A DNA stretch of 64,000 nt from the human T2T-CHM13v2.0 reference genome, Homo sapiens. The position numbers were made by a program, and so were the translations under genes. Below are positions 29,756-43,100 of the stretch, one piece after another (positions within the stretch are counted from its first letter, which is position 1; each line of letters opens with the position of its first letter). A model generated the notes under the pieces. That model was given only the letters and a program-made list of their open reading frames with translations, was not told where the DNA came from and ran no database searches. The stretch lies in assembly GCF_009914755.1 (NCBI RefSeq), contig NC_060930.1. One strand, given 5' to 3'.

Positions 29756-29884
29756 TCTTCAAATATTTGACACATAGAGGTCTATAATGTTTTAAAGTTC
29801 CTATTTGTTATAAAATTTGATTTAAATAATGTTTGGGTCCCTTCTTTCCTTTTTAATATCATCCTTCTAATGATCACCCCCCCA

Positions 29885-29926
29885 ACACACACACACACAC
29901 ACACACACACATGCAAACACACACAC
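29885..29926 (+). repeat. (CA)n microsatellite, interrupted
   Basis: Read directly from the sequence. Confidence 0.95.
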
Positions 29927-31186
29927 GCAGAACCCTTTTATTTAGTATCTTCAGCAAGGATGAATTTATAATTCCCATCACAACTCATCACATTTATATG
30001 GCAACAGAAACTGTAGTGCTTCGATCTGACCTGGCGGTCTGAAAGCATTACAGTTTATTAGGCAGAGCTTTTACAAGACCCTCATTTGCAGGGATGTTTC
30101 CATCAGAGCAATACCAAAATGTCCTCTGAACCAAGAAAATGGGAATAGCTATGAGCTTGTCAATCTTTGTTCTTTCAAACGTAGCATTTCACAATTCTGT
30201 TATCTACTGTGGAACCTTAGAGAGGCTCAAGTCTGATGAATATCTTTCAACTTCTATTAAGATCAAACTCAGCAGTCTGTACCTTGTCAACCATTATATT
30301 CATGAAGAGCGATAGATCACCTTTGAAACCTTTGAGAATAAGTAAGATGGTGGCTAGATAAAGGTTATTGTGCAGCAGTTGAATATTTAATAGATTCTGC
30401 TGGCAATTTAAAATAATACCGCATTATATGTTCAACTTTTTCCCCCTCAGAAATGTAGACTGAGGCTGAAGAGATATTTCAGTCATAATTACTGCACTTG
30501 AAATTGATGTGGATATGCATGCATATGAAAGGAAAATGAGAGGCGTTTTTCCCTCAGAAGAGAACCATTTTTGCCCATCACCACATATCAGACTAAAGAA
30601 ACAAGGATAGTTTCTTTAAACTGAATGTCATACCCTATTCCAGCTAGTAACACATTCATTTGAATTAAGTTTTAAAAATAAAACTCCAATCAGCAGTCAC
30701 AGCCAAGGCAGTATTTCAATCAAAAGATTTTTTGAAAAGTGTTGATTAAAAAATAAGTTCAGAAATATAAAGAAGTGGGATAGTTTAAAAAATCCCTGTG
30801 AGACTTAGAAATGATATTTTAGAACTAAAAACAAGAAAAAATGGAAATGTTCAAGTACTTCAAGGGTGCAAAATTCTTAAAGACATTAACAATTATTATG
30901 GCTTTAATATTTAATTCCCCCTTGGACCAATATTATTCTCCCCCATAAATGATCATAATAAGAGAATGATCACTTCTGCAGATCATCTTAAGGCAGAGGA
31001 GATGTGACTTTTAGGGGACAGGTAGGAGGATAAGCTAAAAGATACCAACCCCCTCCCTAAAAAACATATTCCTCACCAGTCCTTGAAATTTTAGCCTTTA
31101 CGTTTATGTTTTTAAGTTGAGTTATTTTATCTCTCCAAAGCCTCATCAAAAATGGATCTACCTGGAAATGTTAACACTCATTGAGT

Positions 31187-31640
31187 TAGGGGTTCTCAAA
31201 CTTTAATATGCAGGGGAATCACCTGGGGAGCTGGGTGGTGATAAAGATGCTTGGGTTTGGCCTCAGAGATGCTGATTTGTTATTTGTGGAGTGGGGTTTA
31301 GGGATCTGCTTTTTTTTCTTTTTTAAAAATCATCTTTATTTTTTTTTAGAGCAGTTTTCAGTCCACAACAATTGATAAGAAGGTATGGAGACTGCCTGCC
31401 CAAACACATACGTAGCCTCTTCCATTATCAACATCCCCCATTTGCACCTTTGTTACAACTGATGAACCTACATTGACATATCGTTATCATCTGAAGTCCA
31501 TAGTTTACATTAGAATTCATTCTTAATGTTGTACATTCTATGGGCTTGGATAAATGTATGTGTATACACCAGCATAGTATCATACGATAGAGTTTCACTG
31601 CCCTTAAAATCCTCTGTTAACAAGTTTTCAGGTGAACTCC
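31187..31640. mobile_element. MER5A-like element interrupted by an L1MC1-like 3' fragment (31325-31617, minus strand)
   Basis: ggttctcaaactttaa...gaatcacctggggagc is MER5-like. gatgaacctacattgacatatcgttatc...gtttcactgcccttaaaatcctctgt is L1MC1-like. Confidence 0.72.
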
Positions 31641-31961
31641 TGCCCTTGACCATGAGCAGGTCACAGCCACAAGCAATTTTTTTTTAAAGTAAAGAAGTGG
31701 AGAAGTAGGGAGGGTATAGCAAGAAACAAGGCATAGGAGACAATGTGAGGAGCCTGGCTAGAGCAGCGGAGAGTTAACTTAGGGCAAATCAGGAAATACT
31801 TGAGGGTCCTGGAAAATAGTGACAAATTATCCCACCAATGTCTTTTTATAAAAGCTATGCAAATCACCCACAGACATAAAACTCGAGTCCACAAATTTAT
31901 TAATTAAAAAATTTCAACTGTATCCATATTACTTCCCCATTCCTCCCACTGAACCCTGCCA

Positions 31962-31970
31962 ACACACACA

Positions 31971-32002
<32 letters not shown>
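31962..32002 (+). repeat. (CA)n microsatellite
   Basis: Read directly from the sequence. Confidence 0.96.
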
Positions 32003-32004
<2 letters not shown>

Positions 32005-32499
32005 ATTCATTGCAGTTGTTTGGCATATTAGGTTCTAATTTTTCCCTGTCCCTCAAAGGGTCACCTATGGGTGAGGCTGTTATTAATGATCATGTCTACA
32101 TGATATTGAATATCCAGCTGAAAATAGGGGAGAAAAAAATCAATAAATCTGGTTACTTGAAATTATGTGGACAATTCATTTTACTCCTTGTATCCCCAAA
32201 AGTTTATACATTTCAACCTTTTTTTTGACACTGATTTTTGTTTAAACTTCATTATATTAGCGTCAGGCAATAAATTACCCTAATATTGACAACCTAAGGG
32301 GATGTTTTCCCTTTTCTTGGTTGATTCCCTGAGAGTGGGAGTGATTGGGGGAAAAAAGGCATTTCTGAGCTCCTGACCTCGGTTCAACCACAGCATTTTT
32401 AGTTTTGCTTTCTTTTCTCGAAATTCTGTAACGTAAAGTGTGAAAACCCATCCAAGTCATAGGGAATGGGGAAACTGCCCATTTTTCTTTCTAAAAGAT

Positions 32500-33125
32500 T
32501 ATAATTGCCAAAGCAATAAACTCTATTATAGAAAATTCAGAAGTGAACAACAACAAAAAATATCAGACATAGTAGAGATACTCCTGTTAGCCTTCTGGCA
32601 TGTTTCTTTTCATCTTTTTTGCTTGTTTCGATGCATGTATTATATATATTTTAATAATAACATAGCATTATGTCATACTGACAGTTTTAAAACTTGCTTT
32701 TCCCAGTTAACAATACTTCATGAGCATTTACCTATATTGATAAGTATTCTATGCATGATTTGCAATGGCTACATTCATTTCCCAGGCTCTGGATAGAGTA
32801 CAATTTATTTAACCATTTTTTTTTCTGCTAGCTATTTAGGTGGTATTTAGCTGGTGTATTTTCTCCAGTATTGTAAATAATGCTCCAATGAACACGGGAC
32901 ATAAATCTTTGTGTACATCTCTGATTATTCCTTAGGGCAAATTTCTAAAAGTGGAATTTCTGGAACAAATTTTATGCATGACTTTAATGCTTTAGAAATA
33001 TATTGTCAAATTTCCCTCCAGAAATAGTGTAGTAATTTACACTCACACCAGCAGTGTGTGAGTGACTGTTTCCCTGGACGCTTACAGGGAATTGTTGTTT
33101 TAAAACATCTTTGCCAATTTCCACT
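32500..33125 (-). mobile_element. L1ME-type fragment
   Basis: taaataatgctccaatgaacac...ctaaaagtggaatttctgg...aatttacactcacaccagcagtgtgtgag. Confidence 0.7.
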
Positions 33126-33263
33126 TTTAAATTTATGATGATTGTTATTAATGCCATGAAAAAGGTATCTTTTTAACAAATCTATTGATTTCTAACACAC
33201 ATTGCCATTGATAATCAAATATAAAATATTAAATATAACTGACTCCTGGTTTATCCACTGGAT

Positions 33264-33486
33264 CAGTGGTTGACAGACTTTTTCTGGAAAAGACCAGATA
33301 AAAAATATTTTATACTTTGTGGACCATATGGTTTCTGTTTCAACTACCCAGCTCAGCTGCTGCAGTGCAAAAGCAGCCACAGGCAATACAAAAGTCAATG
33401 AGTATGGCTGTGGTCCAATAAAACTTTATTTACCAAACAGGCAGAGGGTCAGATTTTGCAGGTGGGCCATAGTTTGCTGGCCCCTG
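33264..33486 (+). mobile_element. MER58A (hAT-Charlie)
   Basis: cagtggttgacagac...ggctgtggtccaataaaactttatttac...ggccatagtttgctggcccctg; about 220 bp with CAG...CTG termini. Confidence 0.88.
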
Positions 33487-33839
33487 CTTTAGGCACAATG
33501 AAAACTCCTTATGTGTTAGCTACTGTCCTAGATACTAGAGCATAGAATCTAGTACAGAAAAGTATCTGGTGAGCAGAAATGATAAGACAGTGTGACAAAT
33601 ATTTTGATAAACAGATGCCCAGGTGCTAAGGGTATCAGAGAACAGGAAAGAGTCAGGTCTTGAAGGTCAAGTAGATGTTAGCCAAATGAAACTAGGAAGG
33701 TTTGGAATGTAGGGGCATAGAGTGGCATGCAGGACATCCAAGGAAGAGAAAATAGGAAGCATGTGCCAAGGCCCAAAAGAATAAGAACAAATTCCACAAC
33801 CTATACCTAGTATCCTACACATGACTAGAAATCAGGTAG

Positions 33840-34391
33840 TGTTCATTAGCGTTCTCTAGAGAAACCAAAGTAATAGGAAATTTTACATATATATATATAT
33901 TATATATATATATAATGTATATACATTACTGTTAGTATATCTCTATCTCTATATCTATCTAAAGATTTATTATAAGGAATTGGCTCATGCAATTATGGAG
34001 GCTAGGAAGTCCCATGATCTGTCGTCTGGAAATTGGAGATCTAGATAAGCTGGTGGTGTAGTTCCAGTCCAAGTCTGAAGGCTTACAACCAAGGGCACCA
34101 GTGGTGTAAGTACCAGTCTGAGGGCAAGAGAAGACCAGTGTCCCAGCTCAGCAGCCAGGAAGAGAGAGTAAATTCTCCCTTACTCCACCCTTTTGTTCTA
34201 TTCAATCTCTCAACAGATTAAGTGATGTCCAATGCCCACTCGCAATGCAGAGGGTAATCTTTACTCAGTCTACTGATTTAATGCTAATTTCATCCAAAAA
34301 TACCCTCATAAATATGGCTAGAAATAATGTTTAGCCAAATATCTGAGCATCCCTTGACCCAATCAAGTTGACTTGTAAATTAACTATCACA
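33840..34391 (-). mobile_element. MLT2 (B/D-like) ERVL solo LTR with internal (TA)n
   Basis: ttctctagagaaacc...gatttattataaggaattggctcatgcaattatggaggct...caagttgacttgtaaattaactatcaca. Confidence 0.88.
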
Positions 34392-37300
34392 AATAGAAAA
34401 TCATTGGAAGACAAAGCTGAAGAGGTGAGAGGATCAGACTGTGGAGGGCTCCATAGCCACACCAAGGAGTTTGCATATATCTGGAAGATGTTGGAGGCCC
34501 ATGGGTGGATTATAAACTAAGAAATAACATTACCAGATTTCAGTTAAAAAATATCCTTTAGCTGGGAGACAAGTGCGGGTCTGCAAGCAGAAACTTCTGG
34601 TCCTGCTCAACCCCAGTGGCCAAGTATTAACTCCACCAAGCCTCAGTGCTCTGCTCAAGGCTCTCTGAAGCTACAAGGCAAGTGTATATCCATGAATATC
34701 TGTGGAGCATAGCCTCTGGCTCTGCTCATCCTGAGTGTTTCCATAGCAACCCCAGAGACCTTGCCCAACCTTGGAACTTATGATGCAGCCTTGTCCAACT
34801 ACAGATTACAAACAGTGATGTCATCCAGCCAGGGATGACAGCCTGCAACCCAGGCTGATCAGAGGCAATTGCAGAGTCCAGTCAGCAGCCCTGCCTTATC
34901 AGAATCCAGCCATTGGTCTCACCAGACTGTAGAGCACATCCAGTAGTTCTGCTCAACTTCAGAACACAGACAGTGGTTCAGCCCAACTAGAGAACCCAAC
35001 AGCAAGGTCTGCCTGCCTGGAGTTGCATCCAATCCCAGGCTAGAATAAATAGTGAAGGTCTATCACCATTGAAGACACCTGGAGGCTGGAAGAGGTGGCC
35101 ATGTCCTCAAATGTGCAGATACCAATGCAAGGGCACAAGGATGTTGAAGAACCAGGGAAATATTACACCATCAAAAGAAACTCATAAAGCTCCAATAATG
35201 AATCTCGAAGAAATGGAGATCTATGAAATGACTGACAAATAATTCAGAATAATCTTCTAAATTCTTTGGGAAACCATAAGAAAATACAAATAGAAATGCA
35301 ATGAAATTTTGAAAACATTCATGAGCAAAATGAGAAGTTTGATCCCCTCCCCCGAAAACAAAAACAGTAAAAACAAACAAAAAACAAATAGAAATCCTAG
35401 AGATTTGTTGAAGAGAACGAAGCTTTGCATAATACAAATTCTAGAATGAAAAGACAGAGAAAAGGCCCCAAAAGAATATTTTATAAAATAATGGCTGAAA
35501 ATTCCCAAATCTAAGGACAGATGACAAAATCTGGGCACAGGAAGCTCAGAAGTCTCCAATAAATTTCAATCCAAAAAAGAGTTCACCAAGACACATCATA
35601 GTCAAACTATCAAAAATCAAACACCATAAAAAAATTCTGAAAACAGAAAGAAATAAGAAGCATATAATATTGAAGACAGTCCCATATGGCTGTCAGCAGA
35701 TTTCTCAGCAGAAACCTTGTGAGCCAGGACAGAGTGGGATGACATATTCAAAGTGGTAAAGTTAAAAAAAACTACCAAGCAAGAATGCTTTACCTGGAAA
35801 AGCTATCCTTCAGAAATGATGGAGAAATAAAAACTCTCCTGATAAACAAAAGCTAAGAGAGTTAATCACCACTAGGCCTGCCTTATAGGAGTTGCTATAG
35901 ATAATTCTTTAAGTTGAAATAAAAGACTGCTAATAAAATAAAACAGGTAAAAGTAAAAATACTCAATTGTATAAGTAATGTATAATCATCCAGACTATCT
36001 TAATACTGTAACGGTAGAGTATAGACCAATTTAATTTCTACTGTAAGAGTTAAAGACAGAACTATTTTAAAAAAAACTGTAGCTGAAATAAATTGTTAAG
36101 GCACAAATAACATAAAGACATAAATTTTGACATCAATATTATAAAAGATGGAGGGGAGGGAATAAAAGTGTAGGGTTCTTACATACAATGAAAGGTAAGT
36201 TGTCATCAGCTTAAAAGAGCCTGTTATAAGATGTTTTATGTAAGCCTCATGGTAATTACAAACAAAACATGCATATTAGTTGCAAAAATATCAAAAGAAA
36301 GAATTCAAAGCATACTATCTCAGAAAACAATTAAACCACAAAGGAAAACAGCAAGTGAGGAAGAAACAAAGAATCTACAAACAACCAGAAAACAAATTAC
36401 AAGATAGTAGTAGCAAGTCCTTATTTAACAGTAGTTACCCTGAATGTAAATGGATTAAATTCTCCAATCAAAACACATAGCATGACTGAATAGATTAAAA
36501 AAAAAAAACTACATGCTTCCAACAAAGAGACTCACTTTACTAGTAAGAACACACATCGACTGAAAGTGAAGGGATGGGAAAGATATTTCACACAAATAGA
36601 AATCAAAAGAGAGCAGAGGAAGCTATATTTATATAAGTCAAAAGCTGTAAAAAGATACAACAAGAGTCATTATATAATGATAAAGGGGTCAATTCATCAA
36701 GAGGACATAACAATTGTAAATATGTGTGCACCCAATATCAGAGCACCAAAATATATAAAGCAATTATTATATTATCTGAAGGGAGAGACAGAATGCAATA
36801 CCATAATACTAGGGAACTTAATACCCCACTTTCAATAATGGACAGATCATCTAGACAGAAAATCAATAAGAAAACACTGGACTTGAATTAGACTGTAGAC
36901 TAAATGAATCTAACAGACCTGTACAGAACATTTCATCTAATAGCAACAGATTACATATTTTTCTCAAGCAAACATGGATCATTCTCCAGGACAGACCTTA
37001 TGTTAGGCTATAAAATGAGTCTTACCAAATGTAAGAAGATGGAAATCATATCAAGAACTTTTTTTTATCCCAAAGGCATGAAACCAGAAATAAATAACAG
37101 GAAAAATCTTGGAAAATTCACAAATATGTGAAAATTAAACATTATCCTAAACAACTAATTCGTCACGTAATAAATCTGAAAGAAAATTGTAAAAATACCC
37201 AAAGACAAATAAAAATGGAAATACAATACAGCAAAACTTATGGGATACAGCAAAAGAAGTCCTAAGAGGGAAATTTATAGCAATAAACACCAATATCAAA

Positions 37301-37396
37301 AAAGAAGAAAGATCACAAATAAATAATCTAATGTTATACCTCAAGGAATTAGAAAAAGAAGAACAAACTAAGCACAAAAGTAGCTGAAGGAAATAA

Positions 37397-37748
<352 letters not shown>

Positions 37749-39007
37749 AAGAGTTCATGTTTTGAAAAGATAAATAAAATTGACAAACCCCTTAGCTAGA
37801 CTAACTGGGAAATAAAGAGAACACTCAAACAAATAAAATCAGAAATGAAAGAAGAGGCATTATTACAGATTCCATGGAAATACAAAGGATTATAAGAAAT
37901 TACTATGCCAACAAATTGCATAACCTAGAATAAATGAATACATTCCTAGACACATACAATATACCAAGACTGAATCATGAAAAAATAGAGAACCTGAACA
38001 GACCAATAATGAGTCTATTGTTTGACAGAACAATAATGAGTGAGAAGATTGAATGAATAATAAAAAATTTCCATCAAAGAAAAGCCCAGGACCAGATGGC
38101 TGAATTCTGTCAAACATTTAAAGAAGAACAAATACCAGTCCTTCTCACACTCTTTTGCAAAATTGAAGTGAATGGAATACTTCTCATTTTACAAGGCTAG
38201 TATTGCCCTGATATCAAAGCCAAATAGGGACACTACAAGAAAGAAAAACTACAGGCCAATATCCCTGATGAACATAAATGCAAAAATACTCAACAGAATA
38301 TTAGCAAACTGAATTCAACAACATGTTAAAAGAATCACTCACCATGATCAAGTGGGATTTATCCTTTGGATACGAGGATGACTTAACATATGTAAATCAA
38401 TCAGTGTGACGCATCACATTAACAAAATGAAGAATAAAAATCGTGATTATTTCAATAGATGCAGAAAAAGCATTTGAAAAATTTCAGCATCCTTTCATGA
38501 TAAAAAAAAAACCATAATGGATTAGGTACAGAGGGAATGTACCTCAACAAAAATAAAGGCCATATGTGACAAACGTATAGCTAACATCAAACTCAACAGT
38601 GATAGGTTGAAAGCTTTTCCTCTAAGATCAGGGATAAGACAAGGATGCCCACTCTCATAATTTCTTTTCAGTGTAGTACTGGATATCCTAGCCAGAGAAA
38701 CTAGGCAAGAGAAAGAAATAAAAGACATTCTAATAGAAAGAGAATAAGCAAAATTTTATCTCTGTTTGCTGATGACATGATCTTATGTATGGAAAACCCT
38801 AAAAGCTCCACTAAAAAACTGTCAGAACTGATAAAGGAATTCAGTAAAACTGCAGAATACTAAATCATTATACAAAAATCAGTAGCATTTCTATACATTA
38901 ATAATAAACCACTGAAAAGGAAATTAATCCCATTTACATAGCAAAAACAGCAACAAAAATACTTAGGGGTGGAAAATTTAAGCAAGGAGGTAAAAGATCT
39001 GTATACT

Positions 39008-39297
39008 GGCCAGGTGCGGTGGCTCATGCCTGTAATCCCAGCACTTTGGGAGACCAAGGCGGGCAGATCACGAGGTCAGAAGATGGAGACCATCCTGGCT
39101 AACACAGTGAAACCCCATCTCTACTAAAAATACAAAAAATTAGCCGGATGTGGTGGCGGGCGCCTGTAGTTCCAGCTACTCGGGAGGCCTAGGCAGGAGA
39201 ATGGCATGAACCTGGGAGGCGGAGCTTGCAGTGAGTCGAGTGCCACTGCACTCCAGCCTGGGCGACCAAGCGAGACTCTGTCTCAAAAAAAAAAAAA
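39008..39297 (+). mobile_element. AluY inside L1 ORF2
   Basis: Perfect 16-bp TSD aaaagatctgtatact (38992-39007, 39294-39309). Confidence 0.96.
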
Positions 39298-40174
39298 GAT
39301 CTGTATACTGTAAACTATAAAACACTACTGAAAGAAATTGAATAAAACACAAATAAATGGAAAGACATCCTGTGTTCATAGACTGAAAGAATTAATACTG
39401 TTAAATGTCTATATTACCCAAAGCAATCTACAAGTTTAATGCCACCCCTATCAAAACTCCAATATCATTTTTTTCAAAAACAGAAAAAGACAGTCATTAA
39501 ATTCTTATGGAGCTACAAAAGGCCCTAAATATCTAAAACAATCTTGAGTAAAAAGAACAAAACTGGGCACATCACACTCCCTGATTTCAAAATATATTAT
39601 AAGGCTATTTTAACCAAACAGCTGGAATAATACCACGTATCAACCAATAGAACAGTATACAAAGCCTGGAAATAAGTCCACATATTTACAGTCAATTGAT
39701 CTTCCACAAAGGTGCTAAGAACACATAATGGGGAAAGGACAGCTTCTTCTATAAATGGTGCTAGGACAACTGGATATCCACATCCAGAAGAATGAAATTG
39801 GATCCTTATTTCATATCATATATGAAAATCAACTCACAATGAATTAAAGAACTAAATATAAGACCTGAAGCTGTAAAGCTACTAGAAGAAAGCACAGGGG
39901 GAAAGCTCTACAACATTGATCTGAGCAATAATTTTTTATATATGATTCTGAAAGCACAGGAAATAAAAGCAAAAATAGACAAATGGGACTATATTAAACT
40001 AAAAAGCTTCTGCACAGCAAAGGAAACAACTAGCAAAATGAAGAGACAACCCACAGAGTGGGAGAAAATATTTGCAAACCATACATCTGATAAAGAGTTA
40101 ATATCCAAAATATATAAGAAACTCAAACAACTCAATAGCAAGAAAACAAATAACCTAATGAAAAAGTGGGCAAA

Positions 40175-42006
40175 TATTCCTGTACCTGAACAACAGTCAA
40201 GCCAGGATCCAAATCAGGAACATACTCCCATTCACAGTTGCCACAAAAAGAATAAAATACCTAGTAATACAGCTTACCAGGGAGGTGAAAGATCACTACA
40301 AGGAGAACTACAAAACACTTCTCAAAGAAATCAGAGATGACACAAACAAAAGGAAAAACATTCCATGCTCATGGATAGGAAGAATCAATATCATTAAAAT
40401 GGCCATGTTGCCCAAAGCAATTTACAGATTCAGTGCTATTCCTATTAAACAACCATTAAGATTCTTCACAGAACTAGAAAAAAACTATTTTAAAATTCAC
40501 ATAGAATTGAAAAAATGCCTGAATAGCCAAGGCAATCCTAAGCAAAAAGAACAAAGCTGGAGACATCATACTACCCAACTTCAAACTATACTACAGGGCT
40601 ACAGTAACAAAAACAGCATGGTTTTGGTACAAAAACAGACACATAGACTAGTGGAACAGAACAGAGAACCCAGAAATAAGGCTGCACACTTACAACTATC
40701 TGATTTTCGACAACCATGACAAAAACAAGCAATGAGGAAAGGGTTCCCTATTTAATAAATGGTGCTGGGATAACTGGCTAGCCATATGCAGAAGATTGAA
40801 ACTGGGCCCCTTTCTTAAACTATATACAAAAATTAACTCAAGATTGATTAAAGGCTTAAATATAAAACCTAAAGCTATAAAAACCCTGGAAGACAACCTA
40901 GGCAATACCATTTAGGACATAGGCACGGACAAATATTTCATGATGAAGACTCCAAATCAATTGCAACAAAAGCAAAAATTGACAAATGGATCTAATTAGA
41001 CAAGAGCTTCTGCACAGCAAAATAAACTGTCAACAGAGTAAACAGACAACTTACAGAAGGGGAGAAAATTTCTGCAAACTATGCATCTGACAAAGGTCTA
41101 ATATCCAGCACCTCTAAGGTGCTTAAGCAAATTTACATGAAAAAACAAAACCCATAAAAAAGTCGGCCATGGACATGAACAGACACTTCTTAAAAGAAGA
41201 CATACATGTGGGGCCAACAATCATATAAAGAAAAGCTCAACATCACTGATCATTAGAGAAACGCAAATCAAAACCACAGTGAGATACCATCTCACACCAG
41301 TCAGAATGGCTATGATTAAAAAGTCAAAAAATAACAGATGCTGGCAAGGTTGTGGAGAAAAAGGAACGCTTATATACTGTTGGTGGGAGTGTAAATTAGT
41401 TCAATTATTGTGGAAGACAATGTGACGATTCCTCAAAGACCTAAAGATAGAAATACCATTTGACCCAAGAATCCCATTACTGGGTATATACCCAAAGTAA
41501 CATAAATCATTCTTTTATAAAGACACGTGCATGTGTATGTTCACTGCAGCACTATTCGCAATAGCAAAGAATGGAATCAACCTAAATGCCCATCAATGGC
41601 AGACTGGATAAAGAAAATGTGGTACATATATACCATGGAATACTAGGCATCCATATGAAAAAATGAGATCATGTCCTTTGCAGGGACGTGGATGAAGCTG
41701 GAGACCACTATCCTTAGCAAATTAATTCAGGAACAGAAAACCAAATACCGCATGTTCTCATTTGTAAGTAGGAGCTAAATGATGAGAACACATGGACACA
41801 TAGAGGGGAACAACACACACTGGGGCCTATCAGAGGGTGGAGGCTTGGAGGGACGAGGATCATGAAAAATAACTAATGGGTCCTAGGCTTAATACCTGGG
41901 TGATAAAATAATCTGTATAACAAACCCTCATGACACAAGTTTACCAATGTAACAAACCTGCACATGTACACCTGAACTTAAAAGTTAATTTTTTTTCAAA
42001 GGGAAA
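40175..42006 (+). mobile_element. 5'-truncated L1PA13-like element nested in the L1MA
   Basis: ORF2 3' part restarts ([22 protein letters not shown]...[11 protein letters not shown]), followed by an L1PA13-type 3'UTR. TSD aaaaagtggg(c/t)aaa at 40161-40174 and 42007-42020. Confidence 0.92.
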
Positions 42007-42959
42007 AAAAAGTGGGTAAAGGACCTGAACAGACATTTCTCAAAAGAAGACATACAAATAGGTACATGAAAAAATGCTCAGTATCACTAATCTCAGGGAA
42101 ATGCACATTAAAATCACAATGAGATATCGCCTTACACATGTTAGAATGGCTGTTATCAAAAAGATGAAAGATAACAAGTATTGGTGGGTCTGCAGAGCAA
42201 AGGGAACCCTTATACATTGTTGTTGGGTATGTAATAGTACAGCTATTATGGAAAACAGTATGGAGGTTCCTTACAAAAACCAAAAATAGAACTATATGAT
42301 CCAGCAATCTCATATTTGAGTGTATATCCAAAGGAAATGAAATCAATATGTTGAAGGGATATCTGCACTCCCATGTTAATTGCAGCATTATTTACAATAG
42401 CCAAGATGTGGAATCAACCTAAGTACCCATGAATGGATCCACAGATGAAGAAAATGTGGTATGAATACACAATGAGACATTATTCAGCCTTTCATAAAGG
42501 AAATTCTCTTGTGACAATATGGATGAACTTGGAGGACATTATGCGAAGTGAAATAAGCCAGGCACAGAAAGACAAATGATCTTACTTATATGTGGAAACT
42601 TAAAAAAGTCTAACTCCTGGACATAGCGTAGAACGAAGGTCACCAAAGGCTGCAGGGATGGGGGAGAAAATGGGAAGTTGTTAGTCAAAGGGTACAAAGT
42701 TTCAGTTAGTAGGAATAAGTTTTGAGATCTATTGCACAGCAGGGAGACTAGAATCAATAATAATGTATTGTATATTTCAAAGTAACTAAGAGTAAATTAA
42801 AAAATGACTCACCACAAAAAATGATAAGTGAGGTGATAGATATGTTAATTAGCTGGATTTAGTTATTCCAGTTGGTATACATATATGAAAACATCACATT
42901 GTGCCTCACAAATGTATAAAATTATGAATTTTCAATGAAAAATATTCATTTTTAAAAAT

Positions 42960-43100
42960 CAGTGATTGTATTATAGTCATATAAGAGATTATAAACATTT
43001 CCTATTAACATTAGGAAAAGCTTGATGAATGGTTTATGGGAACTCTGTACTGATTCTGCAACTTCTCTGTAAGTCTAAAATTATTTCAAAATTGAAAGTT
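42960..43100 (+). mobile_element. 3' end of an older L1M (L1MC/MD/ME-type) appended to the L1MA
   Basis: aacattaggaaaagcttgatgaatggtttatgggaactctgtact...tgcaacttctctgtaagtctaaaattatttcaaaa. Confidence 0.8.

Noticed and set aside
39942-40719. 132-aa and 144-aa ORFs with L1 ORF2 similarity
   Set aside because: Frameshifted fragments of two different dead L1s; there is no intact ORF2.
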